DNA of 63,608 nt, the filler included, from Pelomyxa schiedti (lineage: Eukaryota > Protista > Evosea), in NCBI GenBank assembly GCA_020536535.1. It is 8 parts of 8 records of this genome, joined end to end, with 100 filler letters (N's around TTAATTAATTAA, not from the genome) between each part and the next. Parts side by side here need not be neighbours in the genome. Positions count along the whole stretch, not along the records: positions 24,782 to 35,888 come from JAHLWZ010001248.1; positions 35,989 to 42,909 come from JAHLWZ010000410.1; 6 more parts are not named here. One strand, written 5' to 3'. A program made the translations under genes and the position numbers. The notes below the pieces were generated by a model. It worked only from the letters and a program-made list of their open reading frames with translations, was not told the origin of the DNA and ran no database searches. Each line of letters starts with the position of its first letter. The stretch's first letter is position 1. Shown here one piece after another: positions 24,886 through 35,998 of the stretch.

Positions 24886-25195
24886 AGCTGTCAAATCTCT
24901 GTTGGCATCACTCCCCTGCACATAGGTTTATAAATCCATTTTTGTTACTCCTGTCTTTTTTTCCCTGGCACATTGACTGGAGATTGTTTTTTCAGTGGTG
25001 AAAGGTGTGAATGATGGGAACAAAAGGGGATTTTTAGCTGCAAAAAATGGAATGTACGAAGTAGGTTCAAACGAGATTGTGAGGGAATATGTGGGAAACG
25101 CAGGCAGGGACTGGGGAGATGCCAGCGTGTTTCCGATGTCATCACCATGGTTCGTTTTTTGCCTTTTTGAAAAATCTATTCGTGGAAAACCGAAA

Positions 25196-26392
25196 ATGAT
25201 CAGTGTGAGGGGGCGCGATGGCGGGACTTGCCCAGTGACAGCACAACAACAAGCACTTGCATGGTTGTGCTGTTACAATCAACCCCAGTTCCTTTGTCCC
25301 ACACCCCTGCGCGTTGTCCCACAATCGATTCTGCGCGATTTCGTTCAGAACTGGGTGCTGCCCACCAACAGGCGTGTTGTCCTCGTCATAAACAACAAAG
25401 AGCACGACGAGGATGTCGTTCGCAGAAAACAACGGTTCGTGACCATGTTTGTTGTGATCGGGGTGTCATTCACTCTGGGAATCACACAAGGGCCATCGGT
25501 GACATGGCATGGAATGACTTGGGAGGTTGTCCTTGGGTTCCTCAGCCAGACTGCTGTGCTGTCATGCTATGGGGCATCACTGATGGTGACTGACCTCAGT
25601 GGTGGTGAAAGCAGTCGCTCTGCCGTTGAATTGATTTCTGATGGTTTGTGGAGGTGTGTGGCATACAGCTCAAAGTGGCTTGTTGTTATATTTGAGGAGG
25701 CCAAACTCAAGATATGGAGGCTGAACCAGAAGAACGGCTTACTGGAGGGTGAACCTCTGGAATTCGATGTCTCTGAGATGGAGAAACTGTGCTGGTTCGC
25801 AAGTGCCAAGGTGTTCATGACACACAGCCAGCCATCTGATTGCATTGCAGAGGGTGATGAGATGTGCATTGCTGTGGGCGAGGGTGAATGCTTCTGCCTG
25901 AGGATTTTTGACATCAGAAAGTGCTTTGAAGTGAAAGAACTCGTGGTGATCAAGCAGTATTCCACTGCCAGGAACATACGAAGGGGTTCTGAGGAGGTAA
26001 TCCTTCATGTTATGAATGACCGAAATGGTGGGATGCATGTTGAAACCTGGGTTCCAGAAAATTCACACACTGCCATTCAGAGTGTGGCCACTGGTCATCA
26101 CACTGTGCTGCCAGCCACCAATGGCATCACACCAGTTGATTCAACTCACTTTGCTATCAACCAGTATACTCCTGAAGGAAGCCAGAAGAACCTGGTCTAT
26201 GAAATAGGCTCAAACGAGATTGTGAGGGAATGGGCCGGAAACACAGACAGGCACTGGGGAGGTGGGCTCATGTTCACAAAAGAGAATGATGGGATGATAA
26301 CGTGCAGTGAGGCACTCTCTGGAATCCACATTGTTTCATTCTCTGTGTGTTCCAACAACTTCAGAGTTTCACACCCTTTTTCAATCTTGTGA
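25196..26392 (+). CDS. intronless lineage-specific family protein with N-terminal F-box/SOCS-like motif
   Basis: Open frame; motif AQQQALAWLCC...TPLRVVPQSILRDFVQNWVLP. ATG 25196 chosen because the upstream in-frame sequence is a duplicated C-terminal fragment. Confidence 0.75.
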   Translation: MISVRGRDGGTCPVTAQQQALAWLCCYNQPQFLCPTPLRVVPQSILRDFVQNWVLPTNRRVVLVINNKEHDEDVVRRKQRFVTMFVVIGVSFTLGITQGPSVTWHGMTWEVVLGFLSQTAVLSCYGASLMVTDLSGGESSRSAVELISDGLWRCVAYSSKWLVVIFEEAKLKIWRLNQKNGLLEGEPLEFDVSEMEKLCWFASAKVFMTHSQPSDCIAEGDEMCIAVGEGECFCLRIFDIRKCFEVKELVVIKQYSTARNIRRGSEEVILHVMNDRNGGMHVETWVPENSHTAIQSVATGHHTVLPATNGITPVDSTHFAINQYTPEGSQKNLVYEIGSNEIVREWAGNTDRHWGGGLMFTKENDGMITCSEALSGIHIVSFSVCSNNFRVSHPFSIL

Positions 26393-26957
26393 GTAAATTC
26401 ATTTTGTTACTTTGTGTGTTTTTTCCTTGTAATTGTGTTGAATAATAATAATTTTTTTCGTATTTTATCGATTTTTGTTAAAATAAAAACACCCATTCCG
26501 TTGTCTTTTTTCCTTCCCACTGATTGAAGTTTCTTATGCCTATGCAAAGAAAGAAATAGTCTGTGTGCTCGTCACCAAGTTCCTCTGGGTACGAAGCAAG
26601 CAAAATACTATTTTGCCTGGGTCGTCGTTGAGAAGTATTAGTGGCACTTGGCGGCTGAGAAATGAAGATGTCTATGTCCACGTACACCTCTTCATCACAA
26701 CAACCAACACAATCAAAAAGGCTCATAACCTCCCCAACAACATTTCAAAGCAACAAATAAGGACGACAGAAACAGAGGGGACTGGGTTTGGAGCATTGGG
26801 TTGGTTGTTCTGTGGAAGCTTCCTCAGAGATTTGATTCGCACTTGCACACGAAAAAATGCTTTCCAGAAAAAAAAAAAACAAAAAATCAACACCGAAGTG
26901 GTGGTGCACGCGACGCTTTTTTTCCCTTGTACTCCGCCGGATTAGCGACATACAAAA

Positions 26958-27955
26958 ATGAACGAGGCACAAGCACGACATCACATTACTCAAATGAAGA
27001 ACTTCATTTTGAGGGTTCGTTGTGCTGTTTTTTTTTTTTTTTTAAAAAAATTTATTTCGCCACCTAACATTAAAGTGTTAATGCTTTTATGTTTAATAGG
27101 AGGCCGAAGAGAATAGAGACATGATCCTTGCCAAGGCTCACGAGGAGTACAACGTAGATAAGGCCAAGATCGTCATGAACGAGAAGAAAAAAATGGCTCT
27201 GGACTATGACCGAAAGGAGAAGCAAGCCGCCGTCGCAAAGCGAATGTATTTTACGCGTAACTAACTCCTCAAGTTTCTCACTCCCTCTTCTTAGTGCCAT
27301 CTCTCAGGAGTTCAACCATTCCCGTATTGAAATCCTCAAAGCTCAGGACGATTGCATCCAAACAGTATCCGATCATGCTCGAAAACAACTCGCTTTGGTG
27401 TCCAGGAACCCCGAGAAGTACAGAATTCTCCTCCAAAAACTTATTGTGCAGGTATCATCACGCTTCTACTCCTTAGGTATCTAACTTCCGTAGTGCCTCC
27501 TTATTATGAGGGAGACTGAAGTCATGGTGCGTTCTTGTTTGAAAAATTCAATTTACTAAGGCTATCTTATAGGTTATTTGCAGAGAGGAGGACCGAGCTC
27601 TTGTCGAGTCTGTTCTTGCACCCGCAAAGCAAGCCTATGAAGCTGCTGCATCAGCCACATTGGCATCTCTTGCCATCAATGTGAAGCGACCCCTCCCCGC
27701 CGATTGGTACAAACCCACTCCAAATAGTCAATACCTACTAAACCCCGCGTTGAATTGCCTACTAATTTATTGCATCAAAACCAGCAACAACACTCACTAA
27801 CACTTATTCACAGCTGCGGTGGCGTTGTACTTACAGCCAATGGCGGCCGTGTCTCTTGCAACAACACCCTAGAGACAAGACTTCAACTTGCCATCGAGAA
27901 AAAACTTCCCGAAATCCGCAAGAGTCTGTTCCCCAACGCCCTACACAAGGAGTAA
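26958..27955 (+). CDS. ATP6V1E: V-type proton ATPase subunit E
   Basis: MNEAQARHHITQMKNFILR/EAEE...AHEEYNVDKAKIV...SRIEILKAQDD...CGGVVLTANGGRVSCNNTLETRL. Confidence 0.95.
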
Positions 27956-28402
27956 AAAACACACCACACTATCCACCACAACAGCTTTTTTGATAAAACA
28001 AAGAGGTTCTAATCCTATCGAAATTTACACAACATCCGCTTTTGAAACCCTATTTCAACTTATTCGAACTCTTTTCGCATCAAAGGGCACTTTCGCGGAA
28101 CGACCACAGATCAAACAACAAACAAACCTCAACGACGACGCGTAAACGTGCTCTTTCTTGAGTTGGCATCATTCCCCGGTCAAGCCCAACTTCCGTGTCC
28201 CATAATCGTCAGTCACCAAACAAACGAGCGCACTACTACGCGTGTGAGTGCGCCGAGTGAAACTGAATACAGAAAGAGGTGCCCCTACAAAAACGAAACG
28301 ATATTAAATTCCCTTGTATATATTGTACTGTATACATTAAATAGAGTGAACCAACAAACTCCTAGTGCAGGACAACAAATATACTCTTATTGATAGGTAT
28401 CA

Positions 28403-31400
28403 ATGGGGGATAGTGGACAGGTGCACTCTCTGTCTGACGAGTACTCTTTCACAGCAGCTGTATGTATCCCCCGCGTTATTCGTTGTGCATTGGCACCTTT
28501 GGGTTGGGTTGCTGTTAGTTTCTCTAATTGGCATTCAGTTACAATATGTACCTTTTCGTGGGTCTTCCCATTCCTCAACCGCGGCGGCAGTTCCAGGAAG
28601 TACCACTGACACTGAAGAGTTACCGCGCTGTCAGCTCACGTTCAGTACTGCAATCACTGTTGACAGAGTAAAGGTAATAGTACCATACTACGCTTATCTT
28701 TGTTAATGCTTCTGCATCAAGGCGGAGTTCTATAAAGTTATCGGATCAAGCCACATAAAGGTGAGCCGGTTGGACTCTGTATTAGGGTTAAAAACTGAGG
28801 AACAAGTGCACCCTTTAGATGTTGAGTGGCGGAAATTCATTGCCAGCCATCCAGCAGTTGTAAAATTGCTTGAGGGTGGTGGGTGCATAGAACTTGTATT
28901 ACTTTCAAAACGAGACTTGGATATGCTTAGAACACGCTCTATACAAGCTGTAAGAAGACCTACGAATTCTTCTGGGGCTGTGAGTTCTCGGCGTGCAGTG
29001 ACAGGAACGCCACCCAAAATGACTCCAACAGTTCATACCAACCCCCAATCTTCTGCTGCTAATGGGAGTTCTAATGACCCTTCAACTCCCTCAACTAGAC
29101 ACCGCCGTGCAAATAGTTTTAATAATTCCACAATCCGGCACCGTTCAGCTAGTAGTTCACATGCATCTTCCCATACTTCAAGTAGAACACAAAACTCGGC
29201 GTCAACACCACATATCCCGTCATCAGGCACACAGAATCCTCCTAGTCACCACTATAGCCCCAAAATAAGAGACCGTGATAAAGAGTTTTCAGAGCTGACC
29301 TCTGTAATTGGGGCCTGGGCAAGTGAAAGACAAAAGGAACCTGGTAGAAGCCGAGAAAGCAGTTTCAGGGAATCTAAAGGACGGGACGAAAAAAATTCTC
29401 CATCTACTCAAGACTCAAGAAGTCTCCATGATAGCCACGACAGCAAAAGTCACATTTCCAAAAGTAAGAGGGACAGCAATAATGACCTTAGGACCAGTGG
29501 TGAGAGCAAGAACCTGAGAGGAAGCAGCGAAAGTAAAAATCTGAGAGGAAGTAGTGAAGGAAAAAGTCCAAGAGGCGATACTCGCGATACAAAAAGTCCT
29601 AGAGAGACTGATCCGCTTCGATCAAGTCATGATAGAGACTCACCTGTGCAATCCCCAGCAAAACCTCCTTCACCAGCTCCTTCTTCACCACTATTATTGT
29701 CTTCCACACCGCCATCTTCTCCCCAAAAATCTCATCACTCACATTTGCACTCAAGTTCACACTCTCCTTCCCCTTCCCGCTCTGGCAGTAGTCCAATACA
29801 GATTGAATCTGGAGGAGCAGAAGATGAAGAAGTGCCTCCTCCTCCTCCCTTAGATCCACCCCCAAGAAAGCACCGACACCATTCTCATCATGACTCAGGC
29901 ACTCAGTCTCAAGTTTCTCACTCTGTACTTTTTTTTTCGCACTAATAACTTTGGAACAGACAAGCACAGAAAATAGCCAAGCCCCGTTATCGACTTCATC
30001 CTCTTCACCTAATATACCCTCCCCAAGACTTGTGCCCTCACCCGATCTTAGTTTATCTCCCCAGGAATCTCCTCGACAACCCTTACAAAACTCCGCGGCA
30101 AAACTTCCTGTATCGGATAATAGATGGAGATTCTGGAGAAACCAAAAACCAACATCTGAGACAACAGTAAAGGTATCCCAAAACCCCTGAATTCTATTGA
30201 TAATGGAACTTCATAAGACCGACTCTGCTGCCGTCGAGGCTCCTCCCACTGGCCCTTCACTTTGCCAACCAGTGTGAAATCCTAATACACTTCTTCCTCT
30301 GAAAAACCTATAGTGCAATGGCTTATCCGAACTGGTACTCCCACATCCGGCCTACAGAATCTTAGATTCAAGTGCTACAGACCTCCGGTCATCAAGTATT
30401 TTTCTGGAGGATCCACTATCAAGAGTAAGGCACATGTTTTATTTTGTACTAATTTTCTACAGGAACCTTGGTATAAAGATTTCTTCTACACCAAAGGTCC
30501 AAGCAGTCATTCAGAATTCCCGTTATTCACACTGTATAGAGCATATCAATTTCTTTGGGGACTGTGATGAGGGAGAGTTCATTGCGTCATTGCTTTTCGA
30601 CACAGAAACAAAGATGATGAGAATTATATTCCGAACGAAGAAAGTAACTTTTTATTAACTCACAACGCAGTTCACAAAAATACTTTTTACTTATCTAGAA
30701 AGACCACAAAGTATTACACAACTGCGGTGCCCTAAAATCAACACCCAACATAACTAAGTTGAAGCAGTGGGTTGAAATTCTGCAACCCACTGTTAAGCTG
30801 CCAACAATCAAGAAATGCAAGGCGCAAAATAAGCTGGCGGCCCCAAATAAGGCACTTAATGACAAATTGAAATACTTCGAAGAGAGACAGGTACCTTGAA
30901 CTTGCCAATCATTTTCTTACTCGGCTAAACCCAGCTTATACTTTCCTACAAAATTGGAATAGTTTATTGTAAATATGGGCAATCAACGGAAACAGAGATG
31001 ATGTGTAATGGTGCGTAAGCTCGGCGTTCACGTTTCTGCCTGACTTACAACAGAGAGGGGCAGTGAACAACTTGAAGAGTTCCTCAACGTAATTGGTACA
31101 AAAATTCCTTTGATAGGCTGGACAGGATACAGAGCAGGGCTGGACATACATAGTAAGTGGGGAGGGAACAGTTTTATGCGCACTTATTAAACTAAGACAA
31201 CGAGACTGGAACTCACAGTGTGCACACTGATTTCCAGGGAGTTCAAGTTATGTTTCACGTGGCGACATTACTACCATACAGCAAAGTAGATACACAACAA
31301 GTTGAGAAGAAAAGGCACATCGGGAATGATATTTGTGTCATTATATTCAGAGATAACAAGCCACTTCTCGACCCACCTACACCCCCCGCAACCAAATCCA

Positions 31401-32018
31401 CCAGCACACATTCACATAAATCAAGGAAGCCACCACCGCCCCCACCACCAGAAGAAGATATACCGCTAAAAACAAAGCCCAGGTCCAGATCAGCTTCATC
31501 ACCAGCTAGGCCATCGCAACATCACCGGTCCGATTCCCAATCTCCGGCCCGTGAATCCAATGGACCTCCTCCCTTTGATCCAACTATAATGGTCTCTGAA
31601 TATAACCGTATGAGAGCAGCTTCTAAATGCGGAATTCTGAACCTTATCTACAGATGTATTTATTGTAGTAGAACGTGTCAACCTTGGCGGATCAGCATTT
31701 GGCTACAGGTATTACTGTTTTATTGATGTAGTAAGAAATAACGCTGCTAATAGATTGGACACTGTAGTGAAAGATGATGTTCCGGACTTCAAACCGGCAG
31801 TTCCAAGGAATGCTGTATTCACAGACCTTAATGCCTTCAGGGAAACTATTCTCACCAAAGGTATTACCGTATCCCCATGTCCAGTCATTATTCAATATAT
31901 ACCCGCAGTTATAAATGGAGAGCAATCTGCCTATTCTGCAGCACAATTCCGGCTCAAGATATTGAGAACAAGGCAAGAGCATATATCAATCATTGTAAGG
32001 GAGACCTCATCAAGTTAA
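28403..32018 (+). CDS. Rap/Ran-GAP domain protein with Ser/Pro-rich N-terminus
   Basis: KIGIVYCKYGQ, GWTGYRAGLD, TGTHSVHTDFQGVQVMFHVATLLPYS and QQVEKKRHIGNDICVIIF. Start codon uncertain. Confidence 0.9.
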
Positions 32019-32204
32019 GAACCAAAAAAGCACCAACCTGTACACATGCTATCATGCCATACATTACACAAAATACTATCTCACTCATTTGCACCTGGTA
32101 CTAATATTTGACGGGATGTAAAATGATGTTTTCATCATTATCCAAAAAATTCACGGCACCTTCTCTTAACCGATCTTTGATGATAACAGCAAGTTTTCTC
32201 AAAG

Positions 32205-34457
32205 ATGCTAGGGGTGCTTATTACAACAGTGGCCATTGGATTGATACTATTCAGGCTGTTTTCCAGAACACCAAAAAAGGAACCAAGCTTGGCACACCTT
32301 TTCAGCATTCTGGCCTCATCCTCCACAAACAACAACAAGAACAAGTCAGAAGACAGTGACAAAGTGGACAAAGCTGTTGCGTCATCGTCAAAAGCAAAAC
32401 CAGCAACTGCACAAAAACCGTGGCGGACGTGGTCGTCGTGGAAGAGTGCCACGGGCACCAATTGTGGGTGTGATTGCGATGGTGATGGCATTGATGTAAT
32501 TGTGATTGGGAGCGGTTCATCAGGATTGACTGCTGCTTCAATTTTGGCCAGGGTATACTATAATATAACATAATAGCTATGGAGAAATTTACAATGTGTA
32601 ATTGTATGCCGCACAGGCAGGGAAAAAAGTTGTTGTACTCGAGCAGCATTCTGTACCTGGGGGATGCTTGCACAATTTTTCGGTGTGTATCTCAATCACC
32701 AATTGGTATGCTTTGGATTTACCCTGTTTCTAGCGAATGGGAGCAGAATTTGATACCGGGACACACATGCTTATGGGTTCAAAAGTTATCACACTTGTTA
32801 GTGATGGTGCTACCCCACTAGACTGGCCTTCGGATTCTCCAAGAGAGGTCATGTTTATCGGGGATAAACAGTTTATTATCCCCAATGGCAAAGGATCTTT
32901 TGTACCCTTTCTTGTAAAGACATTCCCACATGAGAGACAAGCCATCTCCACTCTTTTTAAGGTAGTTCAATTGAACTTTTGGACTACTCCTCTAAATATT
33001 GCCTGCACAGTATGCAGCTGCTGCAGACAATTTAGCCCAGATACACGCGGCATATATGTGCTGGAATGACCTGTCGTTCCTCTATAAAATTGCCGTGTGG
33101 CTTGCCATTCAGTGGTCAAAGTGCAGATGGTCAACAATTTCATGGCTTCGCCACCAATCGTTTGAAGACCTCCTAAATAAATTGACGACAGAGAAGCCAC
33201 TGAAAGACGTACGGTCCTTAACCTTCTTAACTCGTGTAACACCATACAAGATTGTGGCTGTCATCCCTTGTGGATGTATGTCAACACCAGCTTCTGCAAT
33301 GCCAGCCTTGTCTGGTCTAACCCTTGTGAACGCTCTCAGAGACGGCTATTGCTTTCCATCTGGGGGTACCTCTCGGATAATACGTCAGCTTTGCTCCAAG
33401 ATCACAGAAAACGGTGGCATGGTTGTAACTGGAGCCTCAGTGACCAAAGTAAGCGTCTTGGGGAGTCTCACTATCTCATTTCATTCAGCTGTCCATCAAC
33501 GAAGGCAAATGCAATGGAGTCTATGTTGGTGACACCTTTATCCGAAGTCAAGCTGTAGTCTGTTCAACTGGGATTGATCAAGCAAAAGAATTGGTATTAC
33601 CTTACCAATCCCATTCTCTTATCCTTAAATCCCCAGGCTGCAGGAAATGTAATTTTACCTGTCAGTGACCTCGACTTGGGCAATGTGTCAGGAAGTGCTT
33701 TTTCCACATTTGTTGTTTTGGATGCTCCCGCACGTGCTCTTTCTTTACCACCGGTTTTATGGATAATGGGATCTGATGGTCATACAGTTTGATAGCGTCT
33801 ATCGTTGTACACTCCTCACTTCTTTTCTAAGGCACTTGAAGATACGGGAGTAGATAAAATCCTTGCCAGGACAGCTGCACTTGTTGCATTTGAGGAGACC
33901 CAGAAGTCAAATAAGCCTGATGAAAACGCTTGTCTGGGAATTTACAGCCTTTGTGGTTTCTCTGACTTCACAAAATGGTCCAACACCCACAGGGGATCCC
34001 GGCCGGAAGACTACCTTGAGTTGAAACAGAAACTCCAAGGTATTTCCAGTCATCGCCATCCAGTCATCGCCAACTACCTTCCAACGCCATTTATATAGAT
34101 GCACAGCTTGATATCCTTTTTAGCCGGTACCCGCACCTCAAGTCACACGTGAAGTACGCGGAATCAGCCACTCCTTTGACCTACCAGGACTACCTCTGCA
34201 AAACTTCCGGTTGCATTACAGGTTTTTATCATCCATCATTCCACTTTCTTTTCACAATCAAACAATACGCAGGGTATTCCAATGGACTTTATACACAGGG
34301 GCAATTTCCAGTGAGTAAAGTCGACGGGCTATTCCTTTGTGGACAAGACCTGTACTGTGGAGTGTCAGGCGCTTCTGTTACTGGGATTATTGCTGCTGGT
34401 GCTGTGCTGCACAGGCCGCTATTGCTGGAACTTGCTGTAATGGGTGTTTTATCTTGA
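32205..34457 (+). CDS. RETSAT/phytoene desaturase-like FAD-dependent oxidoreductase with N-terminal membrane anchor
   Basis: DVIVIGSGSSGLTAASILAR/AGKKVVVLEQHSVPGGCLHNF, EFDTGTH, YAESATPLT and LFLCGQD. Confidence 0.85.
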
Positions 34458-34515
34458 ATACAAGGCTATTGGGTGGAACTCATCACTCAAAAATAAATAC
34501 TACATAGTTCATTAT

Positions 34516-35888
34516 TTACACTGATACAAAGATAATGTCACCATCCTTCAGCCACCTCAAAGCGGAATCACTATTTAGCAGTAGCCGCGGACCAAGCATT
34601 CCGGCCATTGCCCGCTCCACCTGAATGAATGAATGAATGGCCACGGGTGGACATGCATGCATGTTAGAACGGAATATATTAATAAATAATACAATAACAA
34701 CGCATATTATTATATAGTTGTTATTTTTATCCAGGGGTGGTGGGGGTGTTACCTTGATGGTTGCTTCAGGAGGGAGACTGAGCTCGGCAAGTAACCAGGC
34801 CCTCAGCCCCGCAGTCGTGCGCGGTGGCTCCCTCAGAGTGCAGTACTTGAGCGGCAGAGGCATAAGACCCTCAGGGGTGCCCCCAAGGTCAGTAATCAGC
34901 CGCAGGGTCATTGGCCCTGGCCCCCCCACTGCGCTCGCGGCAGGTCTCGTGACTGGCAGCGAGGAAGATGCGCAGGCGGGCAGCGACGCGGCCGCCATAG
35001 AAGGGGAGGGAGAGGAAGAGGGGGAGCGGGGCGCGGGGAGGGGCGACGGGCCCCAGCTGCCTGTTGGGGTGGGGGTGTAGGGCGGGGGAGGCGAGGCGGG
35101 AGCGAGGGGCCGGGGGCAGGGGCTGGGGCTGGTGTACGAGTGAGGAGGGGGGGTGTACAGCAGGCTGGGTTGCGGGGGTGGTTGTGGCAGTGGGTTCCAA
35201 AGGGCTCCTGTTGGGATTGCGTGGTGCGATGCGAGATTCGGCTCCCACAATGTTGTGGGTTGTTGTTGTTGGTGTTGGTGGTGTTGGGAAAATACGGCGG
35301 TCTCAAGGTCTTTAACCTGGATGTTATTTAAGTAGAGTGATGCGAGTATTGTAATGCTTCTATTAATCAGAACCTACCGATTTACGTGCGGTGAGCTGTG
35401 GCCTGGTACCAGTAACTTCAAGAGCAATACTTGGTTGCATTGATGTCCGTTTTTCGGGTCCCTGTTTGATCTTGATCAAAGCTGAGGTGAATGAGAAGGG
35501 AACAAGGGGGTAGATGGAAAACCAGACCTAGTATTTGTCCGGCCTTTCTTTGGACCATCGGGTTGTCAGTGCACTCAGCTGTTCCCTCCAGAATATTTTG
35601 CAGGTTAGCCAGCAGAGAAGCCTCAATGTTCCGGAGTATCATTGGATCTGAGGCCCAATTAGAACCGTAAAGCAACTACTTCGAAGGAACTTTGCTCAAT
35701 AATCGGCAAGAGAAGTGACACTAAAATATCTGGCTTGCACGAAACGGAAAGTACACTCGTCAGAAATTTCTCATTGGAAATAAGCCGTAGAGCACATTTA
35801 TCTGATTAAGGTTTAAAATTTGAACAAAACGGGCATAAATTGGAGCAAGTTACTTTGACTGGGTTTAAGGGTAACGGCAAGTTGCATC
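34516..35888 (-). CDS. hypothetical protein with Pro-rich region and small C-terminal globular (possibly ubiquitin-like) domain; 5' partial
   Basis: Exons at about 35420-35700, 34750-35320 and 34516-34622 joined by GT-AG introns. C-terminus LLLNSDSALRWLKDGDIIFVSV stop. Confidence 0.5.
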
Positions 35889-35988
35889 NNNNNNNNNNNN
35901 NNNNNNNNNNNNNNNNNNNNNNNNNNNNNNNNTTAATTAATTAANNNNNNNNNNNNNNNNNNNNNNNNNNNNNNNNNNNNNNNNNNNN
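35889..35988. other. artificial contig spacer
   Basis: N44-TTAATTAATTAA-N44. Confidence 0.98.
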
Positions 35989-35998
35989 GGGCATGTCT

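Noticed and set aside
26478-26945. Short ORFs, including an in-frame TGA after FFVCKCESNL considered as a selenoprotein candidate
   Set aside because: No CxxU or known selenoprotein motif, no start codon in context and no SECIS recognised.
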